DNA of 64,000 nucleotides. Source: Allosphingosinicella sp. (GTDB taxonomy: Bacteria > Pseudomonadota > Alphaproteobacteria > Sphingomonadales > Sphingomonadaceae). Positions 56,782 through 64,000 of the stretch are shown here, in pieces (positions within the stretch are counted from its first letter, which is position 1; every line of letters begins with the position of its first letter). Location: assembly GCF_036402135.1 (NCBI RefSeq), contig NZ_DASWTN010000002.1, positions 22,279 through 86,278 on the forward strand. Reading direction: 5' to 3'. Below the pieces are notes generated by a model, which worked only from the letters and a program-made list of their open reading frames with translations, was not told the DNA's origin and did no database searches. Both the position numbers and the translations under genes were made by a program.

Positions 56782-58262
56782 TGACGGCCCTTACCGATCT
56801 CGGCGTCGCTGCGATCCGCGACGGCGTCCGCAATGGCGATTTCTCGGCGCGCGAAGTGGCCGAGGCGTTCAACGCCAATGTCGCGAAGGCGAAGACGCTG
56901 AATGCCTTCGTAATCGACACGCCCGAACATGCGCTAGCCGCGGCCGAGCAGGCGGACAACGATCGCGCCTCCGGCAGCCTGAAGCCGCTGTCCGGCGTGC
57001 CGCTCGGCATTAAGGACCTGTTCGCCACAAAGGGCTACCAGACCACCGCCGGCTCCAACATGCTCGGCGGCTTCGAGCCGACCTACGAATCCACCGTCAG
57101 TGGGAAATTGTTCGAGGCGGGCGCGGGCATGCTCGGCAAGCTCAACATGGACGAGTTCGCCATGGGCTCGTCGAACGAGACCAGCGCCTATGGCAACGTC
57201 ATCTCGCCCTGGCGGCGGAGCGACGGCGGCAATGCGGCGCTAACCCCGGGCGGCTCCTCGGGCGGGTCGGCCGCCGCGGTGGCCGCGCGGCTAGCGCCGG
57301 GCGTCACCGGCACCGATACGGGCGGCTCGATCCGCCAGCCCGCCGCCTTCGTCGGCATCACCGGCATGAAGCCCACCTACGGCCGCTGCTCCCGCTACGG
57401 CATGGTCGCTTTCGCCTCCTCGCTTGACCAGGCGGGGCCGATGGCGCGGGACGTCCGCGACTGCGCGATCATGCTCGAAGCGATGAGCGGCTTTGACCCG
57501 AAGGATTCCACTTCGCTCGACTTGCCGGTGCCGCAGTGGGAGGCGAACCTCTCCAGCGACATTCGCGGCAAGCGCATCGGCATCCCGAAGGAATATCGCA
57601 TTGAGGGCGTGCCGGAGGAGATCGACGCCGTCTGGGAGCAGGGCATCCAGTGGATGAAGGATGCGGGGGCGGAGATTGTCGAGGTCTCGCTGCCGCATAC
57701 CAGATATGCGCTTCCCACCTACTACATCATCGCGCCCGCCGAGGCGTCGTCGAACCTCGCCCGCTATGACGGTGTTCGCTATGGCCTTCGTCAGAACCCC
57801 GACAGCGGCGGCCTCGCCGAAATGTATCAGGCGACCCGCGCCGCCGGCTTTGGCGCCGAGGTGAAGCGCCGGATCATGATCGGCACCTATGTGCTCTCGG
57901 CAGGCTTTTACGACGCTTATTTCAACCAGGCGCAGAAGGTGAGGGCGCTGATCGCCCGCGACTTCGAAAGGGTGTGGGGCGAATGTGACCTCCTGCTGAC
58001 GCCAACCGCCCCGTCCGCTGCCTTCGCGCTCGGCGAGAAATCGAACGATCCGATCGCCATGTATCTGAACGACGTCTTCGCCGTGCCGGCGAGCCTCGCC
58101 GGCCTTCCAGCCATCTCCGTGCCCGCCGGCCTCGACAAGCAGGGCTTGCCCCTGGGCCTCCAGATCGTCGGCAAGGCCCTCGACGAGCAGGGGGTTATGA
58201 ACGCCGGCCTCGCCTTCGAGGAACGCGCCGGCTTCACGCACCGCGCGGAGGCATGGTGGTAA
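56781..58262 (+). CDS. gatA: Asp/Glu-tRNA amidotransferase subunit A
   Basis: Amidase signature [13 protein letters not shown]. Confidence 0.95.
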   Translation: MTALTDLGVAAIRDGVRNGDFSAREVAEAFNANVAKAKTLNAFVIDTPEHALAAAEQADNDRASGSLKPLSGVPLGIKDLFATKGYQTTAGSNMLGGFEPTYESTVSGKLFEAGAGMLGKLNMDEFAMGSSNETSAYGNVISPWRRSDGGNAALTPGGSSGGSAAAVAARLAPGVTGTDTGGSIRQPAAFVGITGMKPTYGRCSRYGMVAFASSLDQAGPMARDVRDCAIMLEAMSGFDPKDSTSLDLPVPQWEANLSSDIRGKRIGIPKEYRIEGVPEEIDAVWEQGIQWMKDAGAEIVEVSLPHTRYALPTYYIIAPAEASSNLARYDGVRYGLRQNPDSGGLAEMYQATRAAGFGAEVKRRIMIGTYVLSAGFYDAYFNQAQKVRALIARDFERVWGECDLLLTPTAPSAAFALGEKSNDPIAMYLNDVFAVPASLAGLPAISVPAGLDKQGLPLGLQIVGKALDEQGVMNAGLAFEERAGFTHRAEAWW

Positions 58263-58373
58263 ATCTTCTGATCGATTTTGTCGGTTGGTTTTTCGTCGAG
58301 CTGCTTTTCGGCAGCAACAAAGAAGATAGAGACACAAAGCCGGAGCCTCTTCCGGCAGTGAAGCAGGTTGAAG

Positions 58374-59861
58374 ATGACCGACAGTAGCTACCGCATCCAG
58401 GGCGCGACGGGCGAATGGGAGGTCGTGATCGGCCTCGAGGTCCATGCGCAGGTGACGTCGAAGGCGAAGCTCTTCTCGGGCGCCGCGACCGAGTTCGGCG
58501 CGGAGCCGAACACGCAGGTGAGCCTCGTCGACGCGGCGCTTCCCGGCATGCTGCCCGTCCTCAACGGCGAGTGCATCCGGCAGGCGGTGCGGACCGGCAT
58601 GGCGCTTGAGGCGAAGATCAATCGCTGGTCGCGCTTCGACCGGAAGAATTATTTCTACGCCGATCTTCCGCAGGGCTATCAGATCTCGCAGCTCTACCAT
58701 CCTCTGGTGGGCGAGGGCGAAATCCGCATCCTCCTCGACGAGAAGGACGAGAATAGCGCCAAAACCGTCGGCATCGAGCGCATCCATGTCGAGCAGGATG
58801 CGGGCAAGCTGATGCATGACCAGCACCCGAGCTTCTCCTATGTCGATCTCAACCGGTCCGGCGTTGCACTGATGGAGATCGTGTCGAAGCCGGACATGCG
58901 TTCTCCTGAAGAAGCAGGCGCTTACGTCCGGAAGCTGAGATCAATCCTTCGCTATGTCGGCAGCTGCGACGGCAATATGGAGCAGGGGTCGATGCGTGCC
59001 GACGTCAACGTGTCGGTCCGGAAACCCGGCGAGGAATTCGGCACCCGCACCGAAACGAAGAACGTCAACTCCGTTCGCTTCATCATGCAGGCGATTGAAT
59101 ATGAGGCCCGCCGTCAGGTGGACCTCATCGAGGATGGCGGAACGGTGGTTCAGGAAACCCGCCTGTTCGATCCCGACAAGGGCGAAACACGGAGCCTACG
59201 TTCCAAGGAAGACGCGCACGATTATCGCTATTTCCCGGACCCGGACCTGTTGCCGCTGGAATTGAGCGACGACTTCCTCGAGGAATGCCGCGCCAGCCTG
59301 CCCGAGCTGCCCGACGCCAAGCGCCGCCGCTACGAGCAGGAGCTTGGCCTTTCGGCGTACAATGCGTCGGTGCTCACCGCCGAGGTAGAAACCGCCCGCT
59401 GGTTCGAGGAACTGCTCGCCGCCACCGGCAAGGCGGGGCCGGAGATCGGCAAGGCGGCGTCCAATTGGGTCATCTCCGACCTGTTCGGCGCCTTGAACCG
59501 GCTCGGCAAGAGCATTGAGGAAAGCCCGGTCAGCCCCGCCCAGGGCGCGGAGCTCTTAAGCCTCGTCGCCGACGGCACGCTCTCCGGCACGCTCGCCAAG
59601 CAGGTGTTCGAGATCATGCTCGAAACAGGCGACGATCCGGCGAAGATCGTCGAGGAGCGCGGCCTCAAGCAGACCAGCGACACGGGCGAGATTGAGAAGG
59701 TGATTGCCGGCGTGCTTGAAGCCAATGCCGACAAGGTCGCGGAATATCGCAGCGGTAAGGACAAGCTGTTCGGCTTCTTCGTCGGCCAGACGATGAAGGC
59801 CATGGGCGGCAAGGCGAATCCCGGCGTCGTTAACGACCTTCTGAAAAAAGCCCTGAGTTAA
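58374..59861 (+). CDS. gatB: Asp/Glu-tRNA amidotransferase subunit B
   Basis: [14 protein letters not shown]-terminal signature. ATG at 58374. Confidence 0.95.
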   Translation: MTDSSYRIQGATGEWEVVIGLEVHAQVTSKAKLFSGAATEFGAEPNTQVSLVDAALPGMLPVLNGECIRQAVRTGMALEAKINRWSRFDRKNYFYADLPQGYQISQLYHPLVGEGEIRILLDEKDENSAKTVGIERIHVEQDAGKLMHDQHPSFSYVDLNRSGVALMEIVSKPDMRSPEEAGAYVRKLRSILRYVGSCDGNMEQGSMRADVNVSVRKPGEEFGTRTETKNVNSVRFIMQAIEYEARRQVDLIEDGGTVVQETRLFDPDKGETRSLRSKEDAHDYRYFPDPDLLPLELSDDFLEECRASLPELPDAKRRRYEQELGLSAYNASVLTAEVETARWFEELLAATGKAGPEIGKAASNWVISDLFGALNRLGKSIEESPVSPAQGAELLSLVADGTLSGTLAKQVFEIMLETGDDPAKIVEERGLKQTSDTGEIEKVIAGVLEANADKVAEYRSGKDKLFGFFVGQTMKAMGGKANPGVVNDLLKKALS

Positions 59862-59985
59862 AACACTTAGGCGAAATTCTGTTCAGCCACGGTTAGGAAC
59901 GCAGCCGTTAGGGATGCGTTTCCCACCCACGCCTAAACTGTGCCTACCGTTCCCGAACGAGCGGGGGCCGTGACAGGAGGATGCC

Positions 59986-60756
59986 ATGCGCAGGCGTGCC
60001 TTGATTCTGCTTACCGCCGGCGCGATGGCGCTCGGCGGCTGCGTCCAGACCCGGCAGTTCGCCGATGTCCAGTTCCAGCCGCCGCAGGGCGACTACGATC
60101 TTCTTCTGATGCGGCCCGATGTCAGTGTCGGTGAAGTCACCGCGGGCGGGCTCGTTCAGCCGCGCGCCGACTGGACCGAAACCGCGCGCGCCCATCTCCT
60201 GCAGGCGCTCCGGGCGCAGCAGACCGCGCGGGGCGGCCGCACCCTCGTCGCCGAGACGCGTGAATCGATCCCCGGCGTCAATCCGCAGACGGTCGCCGAT
60301 CTCGAGCGGCTCCACTCTGCGGTCGGCAATTCGATCGCGCTTCACAAATATATGGGCGCCGACTTGGCTACGAAGCGCGGCCGGAGCCTCGACTGGACGT
60401 TGGGGCAGGAGGCGGTGCGCCTCGGCCAGGCGACCGGCATGGATTACGCGCTGTTCCTCTACGCGCAGGACAGCGTCGCCTCGTCCGAGCGTGTGGCCCT
60501 CCAGGTGCTCGGCATCGCCGGCTGCTTCATCGGCTTCTGCGCGCCTCAGGGCGGCGGCGGCCAGATGGCCTATGCTTCGCTCGTCGATTTGAAGACCGGC
60601 GATGTCGTCTGGTTCAACGTGCTCCAGACCGGAAGCCAGCTTCCCGGCGTCGCGTTCGGCGACATCCGCACGCCGCAGGGCGCCGCGCAGATGGTGGATC
60701 GCCTGATCGGCCGCATGAAGGCCGGCAAGGAAGTGCGGAGGGCGCAGGCGCGATGA
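59986..60756 (+). CDS. hypothetical lipoprotein
   Basis: Lipobox AMALGGC. SD AGGAGG. The stop overlaps the M48 start (ATGA). Confidence 0.65.
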   Translation: MRRRALILLTAGAMALGGCVQTRQFADVQFQPPQGDYDLLLMRPDVSVGEVTAGGLVQPRADWTETARAHLLQALRAQQTARGGRTLVAETRESIPGVNPQTVADLERLHSAVGNSIALHKYMGADLATKRGRSLDWTLGQEAVRLGQATGMDYALFLYAQDSVASSERVALQVLGIAGCFIGFCAPQGGGGQMAYASLVDLKTGDVVWFNVLQTGSQLPGVAFGDIRTPQGAAQMVDRLIGRMKAGKEVRRAQAR

Positions 60757-61976
60757 ACGAGATGAATCTTACCCGCCGCTCCATCCTCGGCGGCTTCGGC
60801 TGCGCCTGCTGCATGGGAATGGTCGGTGCCGCGCAGGCGCGCGTGACGCCAGCCGAAGTCGATCCGATGATCGGACCCGGCCACCGGCCGACCGACAAGG
60901 ACGAGCAAGGCATGTGGCAGCTCTACGAGCGGGCCGAGCGCGACATTGCGGATTCCAACCTGCTCATCAAGGATCCGGGCCTCACCCGCTACCTCGGCGG
61001 CCTTGCCGAGAAGGTCGGCGGCCCGACCGCGAAGGACATGCGCGTCTACCTGGCGCACATCCCCGAATTCAACGCATTCATGGCGCCCACCGGCTTCATG
61101 GTGGTCTTCACCGGCCTTCTCACCCGCATGCGGGACGAGGCGCAGCTTGCCGGTGTGATCGGGCACGAGGCTGGCCACTTCCTCCGCCGCCACCATATCC
61201 GCGGCTGGCGCGACACGAAGCGGAAGAGCGATATCCTTACCGTTCTGTCGATGGGTGCCGGTTTGGGCGGCGCCGCGACCGGTGCTTATCTCGGTGACTG
61301 GGTCCGGCTTGCGGGCATGGGGACCATCTTCTCGCTCGCCGCCTACAGCCGCCACATGGAGGCGGAAGCCGACGCGCTCGGATTGAAGCAGATCGCCCGC
61401 GCCGGCTACGATCCCAATGCCATGCCTGAAACCTGGGAGCAGCTGATCGGCGAGATGCGCGCCACCGCGCGTATGCGGCGGAAGCTGCCGCGCCGCGAAG
61501 GCTCGCTCCTCGCGACGCACCCGGCGCCGCAATCGCGCATGACCGACCTTCGCATCTCCGCGCAGGAGGTGAGGGGGCTCGGCACCGGCGCGGACCGCGG
61601 CAAGGACCGCTACATCCGAGCGCTCGGTGCGCACCGGAAGACGCTGCTCGAGGATCAGGTGAAGCTGAACGACCCGGGCGGCAGCCTCTACATCCTGAAT
61701 AGCCTCGCCGCCGACGGCTGGAACGGCCTTCTCCGCTTCTATGAGGGCGAGGTTTGGCGGCTTCGCGGCGAGAAAGGCGATAATCAGCGCGCTGCCGAAG
61801 CCTACGCCGCCGCGATCGCCTATCCCGATGCGCCGCCGGATGCGTGGCGCTCGCATGGTTATGCCCTCATCAAGATGGGCAGGGGCGATGAGGGGCGCCG
61901 CGCGCTTCAGCGTTATCTCGCTATGGCGCCGAATGCGCCTGACGCGCCGATGGTCCGGCAGACGGTTGGACTCTAA
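60753..61976 (+). CDS. M48 family metalloprotease with Tat-type signal and C-terminal TPR-like region (BepA-like)
   Basis: TRRSILGG twin-arginine leader, HEAGHFLRRH zinc motif, ATHPAPQSR. Confidence 0.85.
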   Translation: MNEMNLTRRSILGGFGCACCMGMVGAAQARVTPAEVDPMIGPGHRPTDKDEQGMWQLYERAERDIADSNLLIKDPGLTRYLGGLAEKVGGPTAKDMRVYLAHIPEFNAFMAPTGFMVVFTGLLTRMRDEAQLAGVIGHEAGHFLRRHHIRGWRDTKRKSDILTVLSMGAGLGGAATGAYLGDWVRLAGMGTIFSLAAYSRHMEAEADALGLKQIARAGYDPNAMPETWEQLIGEMRATARMRRKLPRREGSLLATHPAPQSRMTDLRISAQEVRGLGTGADRGKDRYIRALGAHRKTLLEDQVKLNDPGGSLYILNSLAADGWNGLLRFYEGEVWRLRGEKGDNQRAAEAYAAAIAYPDAPPDAWRSHGYALIKMGRGDEGRRALQRYLAMAPNAPDAPMVRQTVGL

Positions 61977-61988
61977 GGGAGGACAAAT

Positions 61989-62612
61989 ATGCGGAAACTA
62001 CTCGCTTCATTCGTCGCCCTCTCGTTGCTCGCCGGCTGCTCAAGCGGCGTTGGTAGCGGCCTCGGCGGCATCGGCACCTATTATCGCCTCATCAAGCCGC
62101 AGCCGCGCACCGTCGCACGCGGCACGATGATCGTTCAGCCGACCATTGCCTGGAACCAGATCCCGCGGGGTCCCTACGACATCTCGCGGGAAGAGAATTG
62201 GACCCTCAACGGGCCTTATCTCGACGGCCTCTCATTCATCGGCGGCCTCGGCAATAACGAGCGGATCGTCTACCAGCGCCGGAAGGCGGACCGGAAGGTG
62301 CCGAATTTCTATTCGAACATGACCCCGCAGGACATCGCGGACATGATCGAAAGCTTCTACATGATTCGCGCAGGCTCGGTGCGGTTCGACGTGACCGCGC
62401 TCCAGCCGCGGGCGTTCCTCGGCCAATCGGGCTTCCAGTTCGACTATAACCACCTCGGCGGCGACGAGGTCGAGCGGCAGGGAAGGGCGGTCGGCGCCAT
62501 CATCAACGGCCGCCTCTATCTCGCGCTCTTCGACGCGACGAAGCTTCATTATTACGGAGCGGGCATCGGCGAGTTCGAACGGATCGTTCAGTCGGCGCGC
62601 CTCCGCCGCTGA
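61989..62612 (+). CDS. hypothetical lipoprotein
   Basis: Lipobox LLAGCSSG. Lies 12 nt downstream of the M48 stop. Confidence 0.65.
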   Translation: MRKLLASFVALSLLAGCSSGVGSGLGGIGTYYRLIKPQPRTVARGTMIVQPTIAWNQIPRGPYDISREENWTLNGPYLDGLSFIGGLGNNERIVYQRRKADRKVPNFYSNMTPQDIADMIESFYMIRAGSVRFDVTALQPRAFLGQSGFQFDYNHLGGDEVERQGRAVGAIINGRLYLALFDATKLHYYGAGIGEFERIVQSARLRR

Positions 62613-62671
62613 ACCTTCTCTCCTTGCCCTTGCGGAAGAGGCTGTTATAGGAGCCGCCGACCGGCGGCCCG

Positions 62672-62756
62672 GCGGGCGTGGCGGAACTGGTAGACGCGCT
62701 GGATTTAGGTTCCAGTATCGAAAGATGTGGGGGTTCGAGTCCCTTCGCCCGCACCA
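62672..62756 (+). tRNA. tRNA-Leu (anticodon UAG)
   Basis: 85 nt. Acceptor GCGGGCG/CGCCCGC, anticodon arm CTGGA-TTTAGGT-TCCAG, long variable arm, T-loop TTCGAGT, encoded CCA. Confidence 0.9.
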
Positions 62757-62801
62757 GCCGCCAAGACTCAAGGCCGTCCAGTGGACGGCCTTGGCTGGCG
62801 G
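62757..62801 (+). other. extended GC-rich hairpin immediately 3' of tRNA-Leu
   Basis: GCCGCCA...CAAGGCCGTCC-AGT-GGACGGCCTTG...TGGCGGC, an 11-bp perfect inner stem plus a 7-bp outer stem. No T tract follows. Confidence 0.5.
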
Positions 62802-62876
62802 CTCCCCGAGCGCAAGCGAGAGGGCGACCCGAAGTTCCGCTAGAGAAATCCTTGAAGTGAAGGTTTGAGCATCGAA

Positions 62877-64000
62877 ATGCAGACTGTCGAGACGTTGAAC
62901 GAGGGCCTGAAGCGCGCCTACAAGATCACCATTCCGGCCAAGGACATCGACGCCAAGGTCGATGGCGAGCTGAAGAAGATCGCGCCGCAGATCCGTATGC
63001 CCGGCTTCCGCCCCGGCAAGGTGCCCGCCAATCTCGTCCGCAAGATGCACGGCGAAGCGCTGCAGCAGCAGGCGCTCGAAACTGCGGTCCAGGAAGGCGT
63101 CCAGAAGCTGATGACGGAGAAGAAGCTCCGTCCGGCGATGCAGCCTGCCGTGAACCTCGAGGAAAGCGGCGACGGCAAGGATGCGGTCGTTACCGTCGAG
63201 CTTGAGACCCTCCCCGACGTTCCGGCACCGAAGATTGACGGCCTGAAGCTCGAGCGGCTGAGTGTCGAACCCGGCGAAGATGCCGTCAACGATGCGCTGA
63301 ACCAGATCGTTCAGGGCCAGAAGAGCTTCGATCCCGCCCCCGCCAAGCACAAGGCGCAGAAGGGCGACCTCGTGATCATGGACTTCGTCGGCAAGGTCGA
63401 TGGCGAGGCGTTCGAAGGCGGCACGGGCGAAGGCATGTCGGTCGAGATCGGCTCCGGCCGCCTCATTCCCGGCTTCGAGGATCAACTGATCGGCGTGAAG
63501 GCGAACGAGCAGCGCACGCTGAACGTCACCTTCCCGGAAGATTACAACGTCGACCACCTGAAGGGTAAGCCGGCGACGTTCGATGTCACCGTGAACGAGG
63601 TGCAGACGCCGCGCGAGACCAAGGCGGACGATGAATTCGCCAAGGCCATGGGCCTCGAAGGCATCGACCAGCTCCGCGAACTCATCAAGGGTCAGCTTTC
63701 CCAGGAGCTGAACGGCCTTACCCGCACCCACATGAAGCGGAAGCTGCTCGACCAGCTCGCCGCGGACCACGACTTCCCTGTGCCGCCGTCGATGGTCGAT
63801 GCCGAATTCAACCAGATCTGGGCGCAGCTCGAACATGAAGCGAGCCACGAGGCCGATCCGGAAGCCGCCCGCAAGGAAATGGAAGCCGAGCGCGAAGATT
63901 ATCGCGCCATCGCCGAGCGCCGCGTGCGCCTCGGCCTGCTCCTCTCCGAAATCGGCCAGCAGAACGGCGTTGAAGTCTCCCAGCAGGAGATGAACCAGCT
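62877..64000 (+). CDS. tig: trigger factor, N-terminal about 374 codons (3' end outside the window)
   Basis: MQTVETLNEGLKRAYKITIPA...IRMPGFRPGKVP signature. The frame stays open to the window end. Confidence 0.9.
   Translation, partial: MQTVETLNEGLKRAYKITIPAKDIDAKVDGELKKIAPQIRMPGFRPGKVPANLVRKMHGEALQQQALETAVQEGVQKLMTEKKLRPAMQPAVNLEESGDGKDAVVTVELETLPDVPAPKIDGLKLERLSVEPGEDAVNDALNQIVQGQKSFDPAPAKHKAQKGDLVIMDFVGKVDGEAFEGGTGEGMSVEIGSGRLIPGFEDQLIGVKANEQRTLNVTFPEDYNVDHLKGKPATFDVTVNEVQTPRETKADDEFAKAMGLEGIDQLRELIKGQLSQELNGLTRTHMKRKLLDQLAADHDFPVPPSMVDAEFNQIWAQLEHEASHEADPEAARKEMEAEREDYRAIAERRVRLGLLLSEIGQQNGVEVSQQEMNQ

Noticed and set aside
57291-58826. 511-aa minus-strand ORF
   Set aside because: It is antisense to gatA and gatB.
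60570-61856. 428-aa minus-strand ORF
   Set aside because: It is antisense to the M48 protease gene (HExxH on the plus strand).
62678-62860. 60-aa plus-strand ORF
   Set aside because: It lies inside tRNA-Leu and its 3' hairpin.
62232-63848. 538-aa minus-strand ORF
   Set aside because: It runs antisense through tRNA-Leu and the trigger factor gene. It has no motifs and is a shadow ORF.

Overview
High-GC alphaproteobacterial chromosome segment. Gene content and order look Sphingomonadales-like, but that is inference only. Most of the window is core housekeeping: recG (3' part), tyrS, rimO, surE, dksA, mreB-mreC-mreD-mrdA-rodA, mutL, miaA/serB, pyrB, ruvX, gatCAB, tig (5' part), tRNA-Lys(CUU) and tRNA-Leu(UAG). 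Accessory or poorly understood content is interspersed: (1) a visibly AT-richer islet at about 11.8-16.1 kb with an RTX protein, an ArsN2-like GNAT and orphan membrane proteins, abutting an isolated GTA-type terminase pair; (2) a 988-aa modular RTX adhesin-like protein with an internal 921-nt duplication and no type I secretion genes in the window; (3) a MoxR AAA+/VWA pair split by an opposite-strand cytoplasmic MCP with inverted domain order, preceded by an S21-like ORF; (4) a CHASE2/EAL signalling protein followed by an uncalled, self-contained 28-codon mini-gene with its own promoter, SD and terminator; (5) a chromosomal ParA-like ATPase + ribbon-helix-helix protein + TPR/SPOR lipoprotein operon, which I rank as the best candidate for an undescribed system (cargo or division-site positioning linked to septal peptidoglycan); (6) a lipoprotein / Tat-signal M48 (BepA-like) protease / lipoprotein operon. 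I saw no CRISPR array, IS element, integrase or recognisable defence genes. Many long ORFs in the supplied track are antisense shadows typical of high-GC DNA and were rejected. All functional calls rest on motifs read by eye; no database search was run.
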